This document shows, in pieces, positions 9,477-18,383 of a stretch of DNA of 64,000 nucleotides. The notes beneath the pieces are model-generated. The model was not told the DNA's origin. It did not search any database and saw only the letters and a list, made by a program, of their open reading frames with translations. The translations under genes and the position numbers were made by a program. The stretch spans positions 27,773-91,772 of the forward strand of contig JBCCGG010000018.1 in assembly GCA_039029395.1 (NCBI GenBank), given 5' to 3'. The DNA is from Pseudomonadota bacterium. Its GTDB lineage: Bacteria > Pseudomonadota > Alphaproteobacteria > Kiloniellales > JAKSDN01. Position 1 is the stretch's first letter. Every line of letters starts with the position of its first letter.

Positions 9477-11657
9477 GTGATGTACGAACAGATGGACGGC
9501 CTTGTGAGCGAAAAACCACCAGCAGCCATCCTGGAGATCTCGCTGTTTGGAGGGATTCTCCTGCGTCATGGCGCCGAACGGGTGATCGAGCTCAAGAGCC
9601 ACAAGGATCGCGCATTAGTGGGGTTCCTCGCCGTTTCCCCCGGCGTACCCTGTTCGCGCGACAAGCTTGCATCCCTGCTGTGGGGCGACAGCGGCAACAA
9701 GCAGGCCCGCGATAGCTTGAAGCAAGCGCTCATGCGCCTGCGCCGCGCGCTGGGTGCGGTAAGCCCTATGCCGCTGATCACGAACCGCCAGTCGGTGACA
9801 CTCGATCGCGATGCCGTGACGGTCGACGTTGGCACCTTTGAGCAGCTTTTGAGCGATGAGTCCTTTGAATCCAGCCGGCGCGCCACCGAGCTTTATCGCG
9901 GCGACCTGCTGGACGGGATCCAGGTGCGCGATTCGGCGTTCGAGGACTGGCTGCTGGTCGAGCGACAGCGGCTGCGCGACCTGGATGTCGAGGCATCCGC
10001 AAGAGTGATGGCGCAGGCGCTGACAATGGGTCGCCGCGATTGCGCCGCCCTCGCCGCGCGTCGCCTTCTATCGAATGATCCTTTGCACGAAACCGCCTGC
10101 AGAACCCTGATGCAGCTCCACGCCGACCGCGGCGAAGGGACCCAAGCCTTGAAGCTGTTCGAGTCTTTGAGGGACAGATTGAGGCGGGAGCTTTCGGTGG
10201 CGCCGGAGCCCGACACCATCGCGTTGTACGACGCCATTCGCAAACAACGCACCGGCAGTCTTTCCCGGGAGGCCCCATCCACAAACCATGGCGGCGTCGA
10301 GGAGTTGCCCTTGGCGCGGGTCGAACCGGAAAAGCCTTCGATCGCCGTGCTGCCATTCGTCAACATGAGTGACGACGCCGAGCAGGAGTACTTTGCCGAC
10401 GGTCTCTCGGAAGACATAACCACCGATCTCTCCAAGGTTTCCGGTCTTTTCGTCGCGGCGCGGAACAGCGTCTTTACCTTCAAGGGTATGGCCGTTCAGG
10501 TGCAGCAGGTGGCCCGCGAGCTGAATGTCAGCTACGTGCTCAAGGGAAGCGTCCGCAAGGCCGCCGACCGCGTCCGGATCACGGCGCAGTTGGTCGATGG
10601 CACGACCGGCGACCATCTCTGGGCCAACCGCTATGACCGCCGTCTCAGCGACATCTTCGCGCTGCAAGACGAAATCGCCGAGCGCATCGTCGACGTGCTC
10701 AAGGTGAAGCTTCTGCCCGAGGAGCTGAAGTATATCGGCAGCCATTCGACGATCAACGTCGATGCCTATCAATACTATTTGAGGGGCCGCGCCTTTTATC
10801 TGCGTGGCATCGATAAGCACAGCCTGCGCATTGCGCGCGAGATGTTCGTCAAGGCAACCGAGATCGATCCAAGCTATGCGCTCGCCTACGCCTCTATGGC
10901 GATTTGCGAGTCCTATCTTTCCATGAGCGCCTCGATGAAGGACTCCAACGCGAGCTTCGAAAGCTGTTTGGCCAATAGCTTGCGGGCATTGGATCTTGAC
11001 CCGAACTTGGCCGAGGCCTATGCGGGCAAAGGCTTGGCGCTCTATGCCGCCGGTCGCTACGCCGATGCCGCCGCCGAGTTCAAGCAGGCGATCGATCTGG
11101 GACCGCACCTTTTTGAAGCCCATTTCTTCTACGCCCGCAACTGCCGCCTTCAAGGTTTTCGGGAGCAAGCGGCAGCGCTTTTTGAGCGCTCTTCTTCCTT
11201 GCGGCCCAATGACTTTCGGTCGCTCGGCCTCTATTCCGAGGAGTGCCAGGCGCTCGGCCGGCACGACGACTTCATGGCCGCCGCACGGCGTTGCTTGGCG
11301 CGTATCGAAGCGGAGATCGAGACACACCCGGACAACGCGGGCGCTCTTGCCTTCGGCAGCGCCGTTTTGGTCGACCTGGGGCAGCGCGAAAAAGCGGAGG
11401 ATTGGGCCGAACGCGCCCTGATGATCGGCCCGGACGATAGCCTGGTTCACTACAATGTCGCCCGAACCTATAGCTTACTCGGAGCGCTTGATCGGGCGCT
11501 CGGCCATCTGGAGCAATCCTACTGCTGTTCTCCGCTGTTTCAGCGCCGCTTGGCGATGTGGATGAGATATGACGAGGATCTGGACGAACTGCGGGCTCAG
11601 CCCAGGTTCCGCTCGCTGGTTGAGCGCCTAAGGGTCGAGCTCGTCATCGAGTGGTGA
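9477..11657 (+). CDS. BTAD-domain transcriptional regulator with TolB-like central domain and C-terminal TPR repeats
   Basis: 726-aa ORF with GTG at 9477 or ATG at 9480, after GGAGG. The N-terminal winged-helix/BTAD segment reads RDKLASLLWGD...YRGDLLDG...LMQLHADRGEGTQALKLFESLRDRLRRELSVAPEP. The central segment reads PSIAVLPFVNMSDDAEQEYFADGLSEDITTDL. The C-terminus has TPR-like repeats. Confidence 0.8.
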   Translation: MMYEQMDGLVSEKPPAAILEISLFGGILLRHGAERVIELKSHKDRALVGFLAVSPGVPCSRDKLASLLWGDSGNKQARDSLKQALMRLRRALGAVSPMPLITNRQSVTLDRDAVTVDVGTFEQLLSDESFESSRRATELYRGDLLDGIQVRDSAFEDWLLVERQRLRDLDVEASARVMAQALTMGRRDCAALAARRLLSNDPLHETACRTLMQLHADRGEGTQALKLFESLRDRLRRELSVAPEPDTIALYDAIRKQRTGSLSREAPSTNHGGVEELPLARVEPEKPSIAVLPFVNMSDDAEQEYFADGLSEDITTDLSKVSGLFVAARNSVFTFKGMAVQVQQVARELNVSYVLKGSVRKAADRVRITAQLVDGTTGDHLWANRYDRRLSDIFALQDEIAERIVDVLKVKLLPEELKYIGSHSTINVDAYQYYLRGRAFYLRGIDKHSLRIAREMFVKATEIDPSYALAYASMAICESYLSMSASMKDSNASFESCLANSLRALDLDPNLAEAYAGKGLALYAAGRYADAAAEFKQAIDLGPHLFEAHFFYARNCRLQGFREQAAALFERSSSLRPNDFRSLGLYSEECQALGRHDDFMAAARRCLARIEAEIETHPDNAGALAFGSAVLVDLGQREKAEDWAERALMIGPDDSLVHYNVARTYSLLGALDRALGHLEQSYCCSPLFQRRLAMWMRYDEDLDELRAQPRFRSLVERLRVELVIEW

Positions 11658-11716
11658 CGAAGAGGGCATCTCCATAGGCACATGTTCCTCAGCGGCGGTG
11701 CGCGGGACGGCGACGA

Positions 11717-11840
11717 TCCTATCCGACAGCTAGAGCCGAACTCGATCCTTCACGGCTTTGTGAGGCGGGAGAAAAAGGGTGGATCGAAGGACCGACCGGA
11801 TAGACGATGGTCGCAGCGTCGCCGGCGAAGCGGCGCAGGC
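11717..11840 (+). repeat. island repeat family, copy G (most degenerate, rightmost)
   Basis: ...GAGCCGAACTCGATCCTTCACGGCTTTGTGAGGCGGGAG...AGACGATGG... aligns weakly to the A/D core. It is preceded by the reverse complement of CGGATAGG at 11717-11724. Confidence 0.4.
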
Positions 11841-11845
11841 GTACG

Positions 11846-12469
11846 TTACGGCTGCTGCTTCATCTCCGTGTTGATCCGCACCGTTATCTTGTCGGTCGGT
11901 CCGGAGGGAAAAGCGCCGACGCCGAACTCCAGGTGATTGATATCCGTCTCGGCGGCAAAGGCGATCCAGTTGCCCTTGTAGTGGTCGATGTATTGGCCGA
12001 CCGGGTGTTCGCCTCTGTGGGTTAGGGTGACGTGCAATGTGGTTGGCTTGGTGACACCATGAATGGTGAGGTTACCCGTTACATCGGCGGTCGTGTCGCC
12101 GGTTCGCTTCACGCTGGTGCTTTCGAAGGTCGCTGTCGGGTACTTCTCCACGTCGAAAAAATCGCTGCTTTTCAGATGCTTGTCCAGCGCCGGAACCCCG
12201 GTGAAGAGACTGTCCGTGTCGATGGTGACGTTGATCGTAGAGTTTTCGACGTCATCCGGATCGAGCACAAGCGTGCCGTCGGCCTTCCCGAACTCGCCGT
12301 GCTGCATCGAAACACCGGCGTGGCTCCAGGCGAAACCGATCTCGGTGTGCCCCTGATCGAACTTGTAGGTGTCGGCGGCCTGCACACTTCCGGCCAGGAC
12401 CGAAGTCATGAAAAAGGCGAATGCCCCAAGAACGTATTGCGATTTCGGTCGGTGGTTGTGAAGCGTCAC
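11846..12469 (-). CDS. YceI family periplasmic polyisoprenoid-binding protein
   Basis: 207-aa ORF with a signal peptide. YceI-type pattern: YKFDQGHTEIGFAWSH...GEFGKADGTLVLD...LTIHGVTKP. Confidence 0.8.
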   Translation of the reverse strand: MTLHNHRPKSQYVLGAFAFFMTSVLAGSVQAADTYKFDQGHTEIGFAWSHAGVSMQHGEFGKADGTLVLDPDDVENSTINVTIDTDSLFTGVPALDKHLKSSDFFDVEKYPTATFESTSVKRTGDTTADVTGNLTIHGVTKPTTLHVTLTHRGEHPVGQYIDHYKGNWIAFAAETDINHLEFGVGAFPSGPTDKITVRINTEMKQQP

Positions 12470-12609
12470 GAGGTCTCTCCCACTTCAGTTGGAATCACGC
12501 GTTCCCCACGGCGATCACGCCGGATGAACCGTGCTCGGAATCTACTGAGGCGCCAAGCATCGAGCTTGACAAATATTGCTATCTTCGCTGCGCTCGCCCC
12601 GCGGAGCGC

Positions 12610-13518
12610 ATGACGATGGCGATGGCCGGGCAACGACATCGAATGAACCGTGCGATGAACTATGCACGCGCCAATGTCGGGGAGGATTTGGACCTTCATC
12701 GATTGGCGGACATCGCCTGTTTGTCCAAGTACCACTTCCTGCGTGCGTTCCGGGACCACTTTCACGAAACGCCGATCCAGTTTTTGCAACGCATTCGCCT
12801 CGAACATGCCGCCAGCCAGCTCGTCTACTATCCGGAAGCGCGGATCACGGATGTCGCCTTGGACAGCGGGTTCCGGTCAACGGAGTATTTTTCCCGCGCC
12901 TTTCGGTCCCGATTCGGCGTCGCGCCCCGGTCCTTCAAGGCTTCCAACAGATGGTGCTTCGACACCTTCAGGCGGGCCAACCCGCTCAAGCATGAGGTCT
13001 ACATTCCGCCCGCCCGCCTGCGCCAATCGGATATCAAGACCTTTAGGGTCCGCACCGAATACCGGCCGGCGCAGCGCATCGCCTACATCCGACACCTGGG
13101 GCCCTTCGGCGACGTTGGCGACAGCATCACCAGGACGTTCGACGCGCTTCAACGTTGGGCCCGGCAGCGCGGACTTCCGCTGCGCGATGCGTCCTACATC
13201 GGCGTTTGCTCCGGCAACGTCAACATCACGCCGGCGCACCTTTGTTTGTACGATGCCGGCCTCTTTGTGCGGGACGATATCGGGGAAGACGAAACCGTCA
13301 GCGTTCGCGTCATTCCGGAGGGTTGGTACGCGACACTCCACGTGCAATGCCCACCCGAGGCGCTGAACAGCAGATGGCAATGGCTGACCGCGACATGGTT
13401 GCCCGCTAGCGGTTGGAGAATGGCCTTCCGCCCCTGCTATGAACTGTTCCGCTTGGAGGAGGGCCAAAGAGTCCGATCCGAGTTCGGGGCGCGGCTATGC
13501 CTGGCGGTCACCAGATAG
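12610..13518 (+). CDS. AraC family transcriptional regulator with GyrI-like effector-binding domain
   Basis: ORF 12421..13518; the likely ATG is at 12610. The AraC HTH reads LADIACLSKYHFLRAFRDHFHETPIQFLQRIRLEHA...GFRSTEYFSRAFRSRFGVAPRSF. The C-terminal half is GyrI-like. It is divergent from yceI. Confidence 0.8.
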   Translation: MTMAMAGQRHRMNRAMNYARANVGEDLDLHRLADIACLSKYHFLRAFRDHFHETPIQFLQRIRLEHAASQLVYYPEARITDVALDSGFRSTEYFSRAFRSRFGVAPRSFKASNRWCFDTFRRANPLKHEVYIPPARLRQSDIKTFRVRTEYRPAQRIAYIRHLGPFGDVGDSITRTFDALQRWARQRGLPLRDASYIGVCSGNVNITPAHLCLYDAGLFVRDDIGEDETVSVRVIPEGWYATLHVQCPPEALNSRWQWLTATWLPASGWRMAFRPCYELFRLEEGQRVRSEFGARLCLAVTR

Positions 13519-13533
13519 GTGGCGCAACCCGCT

Positions 13534-15225
13534 TCACGTCGGCTCCTCGGCGTTTTGCGCCGGAGCCTCCACGACCAAAGGCAGGCGCACGGTGAAGGTC
13601 GAGCCGACTCCTGGCTCGCTGGTCAGATCGATCTCGCCGCCCATCATCTGGCAAAGCCGCCGGCTGATCGTTAGGCCCAGACCCGTGCCGCCGTATTGCC
13701 TGACTTGCGTGCCTTCTGCCTGAGTGAAGGCCTCGAAGACTTTCTCGCACTGCTCTGGGGTCATGCCGATTCCGGTATCGGACACCATGAGATGGAGCCA
13801 ATCGGCACCGCCGATCCGGCTGCGCCCGGCTTCCAGGGTGACCTCGCCGCCTTCGGTGAACTTGCAAGCGTTGCTCAGCAGATTGAGGACGACCTGGCGC
13901 ACCCTGGTCTTGTCGGCATACATGAGACCCAGATCCTCCGCGCAGCGGATCTCCAGTCGGTTGCCGTTGCGCTTGGCCAGGGGCTGCACGGCGGCCGCGG
14001 TCTCCTCCAACAAGGCGGCGGTGTCGTAGCTCTCGAGAAAAAGGTCGTACTTTCCGGCCTCGATTTTGGAGAGATCCAGCAGCTGGTTGATGAGCTCGAG
14101 GAGGTGCTCGGAGCTGATCAGGATCTTCTCCAGGTTCTCGTACTGCTTGTCCGAGATGGCGGGTTTGGTTTGGCGCATGACCAAGCGGGTGAAGCCGACG
14201 ATGGCGTTCATCGGCGTGCGCAACTCGTGGCTCATGTTGGCCAGGAAGTGGCTCTTGGCCTCGGTCGCGCCGAGCGCTTCTTCCCGGGCCTCGACCAGCC
14301 GCTCCTGCGCCTGCACCCGCTCGAACACCCGGCCGAGCTGGCGGCAGATCTGGGTCATGGCCTGCAGCAGGGGATCGGTGAGCTGGCCCGGCTCGCCGGA
14401 GAAGAACTCGAGCACCGCGACAACCCGGTCGCCGGCCTGGACGGGAAAAGCATAGGCGCCCCTGACGCCGGCCCCGGCCGCCAGCGCGCCCTTGGGGAAG
14501 CCCGGGTCCTGCGAGACATCGTCGATCCAAGCCGCCCGTCCGCTGGCCAGGACACGCCCGAGCAAGCCGGACTCGGCGGCCGACGGGGCGCCTTCGATGG
14601 CCTCCCGCAGGGCCTCGAAGCCTTGGCTGTCGTCCAGATGCCAAATGCCGCTGGGCACCAGCTGGCGGGCCGTTTCGTTGAGCTGGTAGACATGCCCGGC
14701 CGGCCAGCGGGTGTGGGCGCAGACCCGGTCGAGCGCGATGCGCATGGCCTCCTCGGCGCTGGTGGCCTCGTTGGCGGCGCGGGTGATGACCTCGATCAGC
14801 AGCAGGCGCTCGGCCCGGTCCTTCTCGCGCTCGATCTCGCGGGTGTTGCGCTCGACCATGGCCGAGTAGGACTCGATCATCGATTCCAGCTCGCGCATGC
14901 GGGTGATGTTCTGGCACTCGGCCACCAGCAGCGCCTCATCGTTTGAGGTCGCGCGGCTGAGCGCCAGGGCGATCACCAGCGTGCGCCGCTTGGGTTTGAT
15001 CGACAGCTCCACCGAGTGCGAGCGGCCGGCGGCCAGATCGGCCCGCATGGCTTCCAGGTCGACGCCGGGAAAGACCGTGGCCAGGGTGGAGTCGGGCGCG
15101 GGAACGCCGAACCAGCTGGAGAACTTCTCGTTGCTGAAGCGAAATCTCAGGTCCTCTTCACCGAGAATCGCGATGCCGACCCCGATGGCGCGGAGCAGTT
15201 GCTCGTTGATCGCCGCGATGTTCAT
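13534..15225 (-). CDS. PAS-GAF sensor histidine kinase (no receiver domain)
   Basis: 563-aa ORF. The H-box is FLANMSHELRTPMNAIVGF. The HATPase G-boxes are VSDTGIGM and GGTGLGLTISR. The central GAF-like region reads WPAGHVY...AAWIDDV...AYAFPV. Confidence 0.9.
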   Translation of the reverse strand: MNIAAINEQLLRAIGVGIAILGEEDLRFRFSNEKFSSWFGVPAPDSTLATVFPGVDLEAMRADLAAGRSHSVELSIKPKRRTLVIALALSRATSNDEALLVAECQNITRMRELESMIESYSAMVERNTREIEREKDRAERLLLIEVITRAANEATSAEEAMRIALDRVCAHTRWPAGHVYQLNETARQLVPSGIWHLDDSQGFEALREAIEGAPSAAESGLLGRVLASGRAAWIDDVSQDPGFPKGALAAGAGVRGAYAFPVQAGDRVVAVLEFFSGEPGQLTDPLLQAMTQICRQLGRVFERVQAQERLVEAREEALGATEAKSHFLANMSHELRTPMNAIVGFTRLVMRQTKPAISDKQYENLEKILISSEHLLELINQLLDLSKIEAGKYDLFLESYDTAALLEETAAAVQPLAKRNGNRLEIRCAEDLGLMYADKTRVRQVVLNLLSNACKFTEGGEVTLEAGRSRIGGADWLHLMVSDTGIGMTPEQCEKVFEAFTQAEGTQVRQYGGTGLGLTISRRLCQMMGGEIDLTSEPGVGSTFTVRLPLVVEAPAQNAEEPT

Positions 15226-15590
15226 CCGGCGTCTCGGTCCACGATACAGCTTCGGCGCGCTTCGATCTCGCTCAGCACCGCGTTCCGGTCCGCGGCCTCG
15301 AAGCCGAATTCGTCGAGCGTCTCGGCAAGCAGCTCGATCATCTCGTCCATGTCCGGGTCGGAAATGCCAAGCGGCGCGTGAATCACCTTGAGGTGCTCGT
15401 TCGAGTAGGAGGCCGGGCCGCCGAGCAGCGACGACATGAACTTGGTCTGATGGTCCACGACCTTCTTCAGGTCGATGTCCTCGAAGTAATCGCCGATCTG
15501 ATCGGAATCCATCACCTTGTCGTAGAACGACAAGACGACCCGGCTGACCACGGCGAATCCGCCGTATTTCTGAAAAAGCGAGTCCGACAT
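15222..15590 (-). CDS. group I truncated haemoglobin (2/2 globin)
   Basis: ATG at 15590 (MSDSLFQKYGG...), 122 aa. trHb hallmarks are present: the FQKYGG glycine motif, SFYDKV (B9-B10), QTKFMSSLLGGP (E7 Gln plus the GG motif) and VIHAPLGI (proximal His). Its stop overlaps the kinase start as ATGA. Confidence 0.8.
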   Translation of the reverse strand: MSDSLFQKYGGFAVVSRVVLSFYDKVMDSDQIGDYFEDIDLKKVVDHQTKFMSSLLGGPASYSNEHLKVIHAPLGISDPDMDEMIELLAETLDEFGFEAADRNAVLSEIEARRSCIVDRDAG

Positions 15591-16022
15591 CCTAGTCCGT
15601 CCGCGGCGGCAAGCTATTGCACTGTCATAGGACCTAATCTGCAAGTCCAGTCGAGACGGCCATGAGGCGATTTCCTCCGCCCGACCCTTCGCGTCTGGCT
15701 TCTATCACGCTTGCCCGCCGATGTCGGCAGCTAATGCCACAAGCCTCCATTGTCCCCCTCCGGTCGGCCACTACTTGGTCCGGCCCTCCAACCAAGGCAA
15801 GTCTAGCGTCGTCGCGGAGTCGAGTCTATCTCCGCCCAGAGGCTTGCCGGGCGCAACGGCTTCCATAGCCCCGGCCCTTGATACAACTGAAACACAAAAG
15901 CCGCGCCACGGAAGTCAAGCTGAAACAGTGCCTTCCTAGGTCAATGGGCAACCAACACCAGGCCGGTCCAAGACGGGACCGGCGACCGGTACCCTTTGAC
16001 ACCCCGAACGGGAGGGCAAGCT

Positions 16023-17000
16023 ATGTACAAGCTCAGCAGACCCCTACAGGAGACCCTCGCGGCGCCCGCGCTGCTCGCGGCCGCCTTTCTCTACAGCGGT
16101 CCGGCCGGGGCCGCGCCCCCGGCAACCGATCTCGATTGCACGAAGTGCGTCGAGTCGGCGGAGCTTCTGCCTGGCATCATCGGCCCCCGTGAGCTGGCCG
16201 ATGACGCCGTCTTCGTCACCACAGTTCTGGTGCGCGCGGACGGCACGCCCGAGGATAACTGCAATGCCCTGCTCGACGCCTTGGTGGACACCTCCATCGC
16301 GACAGAAACGGACCCTTACCTGATCAAGCTGGAGCCGGGCATCTACAACTGCCCCTTCCCCCTGTTGGTGGAGATGAACTCCTACGTGGATATCGAAGGG
16401 TCCGGCCAGAACACCACGATCATCCGAGGCCACCGGGATCCGGTCGTCGAGATGGCGGCCCACTCGGAGCTCCGCCAGGTCACCGTCGATGCCCATGGAC
16501 TCTTCCCGGAGGGCGTCGAGATGCGCTACACCGACACGCGCCTGGCTGACGTGACGGTGATCGCCAATATCGGAAAGCCGGGCTCCATACCCCTTGGCGT
16601 GCAGATCGGATCGGCCGTCCCGAACCCGAACCAGCCCGCGGAGATCGATCTTGACCACGTGACGGTCAGGGCCGGCTTGGACGGCAAGCTGGACCCCTTC
16701 AACCCGTCCTACGGCACGGCCATCAAGGTCGGCGGCCTGGTGATCGTGCACATGACCGACGTGCACGCGAAGGCCGCCAATTCGGCTCTTGGTTTGGTTT
16801 CACTGAACAGCGCCAGGGTCGTCGCCACTGGCTCGGTCTTCCAGGGCGCCGGCGTGAGCATGTGGGTCGAGACCACCAACACGGCGGTGATGGTCTCCAG
16901 CCAGCTGATCGGCCCCCTGGGCATCATCTCCGGCGTGGCCCGCTGCATCTCCAGCTACAACTTCCTTTACAACGACCTCAATCCCGATTGCACGCCCTAA
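16023..17000 (+). CDS. exported protein, possibly right-handed beta-helix fold, unknown function
   Basis: ORF 15996..17000 with ATG at 16023. The signal peptide is MYKLSRPLQETLAAPALLAAAFLYSGPAGA. It has repetitive V.V/I.G-type strands. Confidence 0.6.
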   Translation: MYKLSRPLQETLAAPALLAAAFLYSGPAGAAPPATDLDCTKCVESAELLPGIIGPRELADDAVFVTTVLVRADGTPEDNCNALLDALVDTSIATETDPYLIKLEPGIYNCPFPLLVEMNSYVDIEGSGQNTTIIRGHRDPVVEMAAHSELRQVTVDAHGLFPEGVEMRYTDTRLADVTVIANIGKPGSIPLGVQIGSAVPNPNQPAEIDLDHVTVRAGLDGKLDPFNPSYGTAIKVGGLVIVHMTDVHAKAANSALGLVSLNSARVVATGSVFQGAGVSMWVETTNTAVMVSSQLIGPLGIISGVARCISSYNFLYNDLNPDCTP

Positions 17001-17034
17001 GGCCCACGATCGAGCCTTCGGTCTCCAAATGGCG

Positions 17035-17075
17035 CGCGGGAGCAGCGGATGTTGCTCCCGCGTGTGTGTCTCTGT
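17035..17075. terminator. hairpin terminator between convergent genes
   Basis: A perfect 10-bp stem CGCGGGAGCA/TGCTCCCGCG with a 7-nt loop is followed by the T-rich TGTGTGTCTCTGTG. Confidence 0.55.
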
Positions 17076-17117
17076 GCTGAATCCGGGAAATTTTGGGGCC
17101 AACCCCCAGTCTCGGCG

Positions 17118-17522
17118 CTAGTGATCTGTCCGTGCTTCGGGTTGTACGATTCGACCCGCTTCGACCATCATCGTGGTCACTTTGGGAAGCGCGCCGTCGG
17201 GAATCTCGGAAGACGCGGGCTCGACGATCAGGGGGCCGGTGAACCAATCGGCCTCGACCTCCTCCAGGTCGTCGAACATTTCGGCAACCCCGGTGTATTG
17301 GCCGTCGCGCCAGGCGTAGAGCCCGATCAGCCACAAGGTATCGTCCCGGATCTCCCACTTTCCTACATAGCCGCGCTTGCAGGTCGGAGTCCGCTGGTCG
17401 AACACGGATTTCGAGTCCAGCGTGCGAAGCCAGGGCAACAGTGGCGTTGTGTAGAGGGTGTGTAGTACACCCTTGATGTAGAGTATCTCGGGAAGCTGCT
17501 CCAGCTCGGCTTGGCGCTTCAT
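17118..17522 (-). CDS. hypothetical protein
   Basis: ORF 17118..17537. The ATG at 17522 is preceded by GGGGAG. I recognise no family. GC is lower than in the core genome. Confidence 0.5.
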   Translation of the reverse strand: MKRQAELEQLPEILYIKGVLHTLYTTPLLPWLRTLDSKSVFDQRTPTCKRGYVGKWEIRDDTLWLIGLYAWRDGQYTGVAEMFDDLEEVEADWFTGPLIVEPASSEIPDGALPKVTTMMVEAGRIVQPEARTDH

Positions 17523-17706
17523 GACATTCTCCCCCAAACGCGAAGGTCAGATTATCATCCGATTCCCGCGCCATCTAGGCAAGCCCGCCGATCGGCGCCT
17601 TGGGCCGACTTCACCGAGACTTGATGGCGCGCGTCTGGTCGGCCAGGGCCCATCTAGGTGCCGATGATCGGAGCCAGGGCAGGAGACGGGCTTCGCTGCA
17701 AAGGCT

Positions 17707-18357
17707 CTAAACTCGCAAATTCCTCACATGGGCTCGAAGAGCCGCGCGATTGACGTTGCTGAGCAACTCGGATTGGCTCTTTTTCCTTTGGGCGCAGATC
17801 TGTGTCAGCCAGTGGTGGAGCAGCCGCAGCCAAGGGTGGCGCAGAGAGATCGTTTCATTCGTTGCTTGATCTGCTGGAAACTCATCCACGATCCGCAAAA
17901 CCGTGATCCACCCCTTGGTCACGGCGAGAATCTTTCTCAAGGCATCTGCAAAACAAAATTTGCCACGACACATTTGCCGCATTGTATCCATCCAGCTCAA
18001 AAGCGTCCTTGTCTGCCGCTCGAAGTCAAGCTCGTCGAAATCAATTGCCGTTATCGCCACATACTCATCTTGCTGTTCTTCCAGAGGTTGGCCAAACAGC
18101 GCCTTCCAATCCGCTCCCAGCGAGTGATTGGCCTGAACCCAGACCCGCGCACCTTCGAAGAAAACCTGCGCGCGCGCCCAGGGTCCGCCATCGCTCAGGA
18201 CCGTCGCGCCGCAGCTGTCGACGGCGCTTCGAATTCTTTCGACACTCTCTTCGAAGGTTTGGTTGTCGATTTCTCCATTTCGATCCAGGGCCAGCTCCGC
18301 GAGCGCCGCCGCCTCGCAAAGGCCTTGCATTGCTGTTCTAAGATCCTGGCGACTCAT
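17707..18357 (-). CDS. hypothetical protein
   Basis: 216-aa ORF with balanced composition. The overlapping plus-strand ORF 17728..18417 is Arg/Pro/Cys-rich and unprotein-like. Confidence 0.55.
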   Translation of the reverse strand: MSRQDLRTAMQGLCEAAALAELALDRNGEIDNQTFEESVERIRSAVDSCGATVLSDGGPWARAQVFFEGARVWVQANHSLGADWKALFGQPLEEQQDEYVAITAIDFDELDFERQTRTLLSWMDTMRQMCRGKFCFADALRKILAVTKGWITVLRIVDEFPADQATNETISLRHPWLRLLHHWLTQICAQRKKSQSELLSNVNRAALRAHVRNLRV

Positions 18358-18383
18358 CGCTCAAGTCGTCCCCGTTCGGCGTT

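Noticed and set aside
12421-12609. The N-terminal 63-codon extension of the AraC/GyrI regulator ORF, overlapping the yceI start.
   Set aside because: The extension overlaps the divergent yceI gene and its promoter region and has no AraC-family counterpart. The ATG at 12610 gives a normal-length protein.
13508-14946. A 469-aa minus-strand ORF and a 416-aa plus-strand ORF overlapping the histidine kinase gene. Similar long shadow ORFs occur at 10068..11450, 26367..27422, 27489..28502, 29197..30156, 31078..32508, 31842..33272, 33187..34671, 37574..38974, 40018..41514, 51389..52789, 54174..55298, 56184..57731 (upstream part) and 62124..63644.
   Set aside because: In each case another frame carries a recognisable protein family with proper starts and ribosome-binding sites. 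These are high-GC shadow ORFs.
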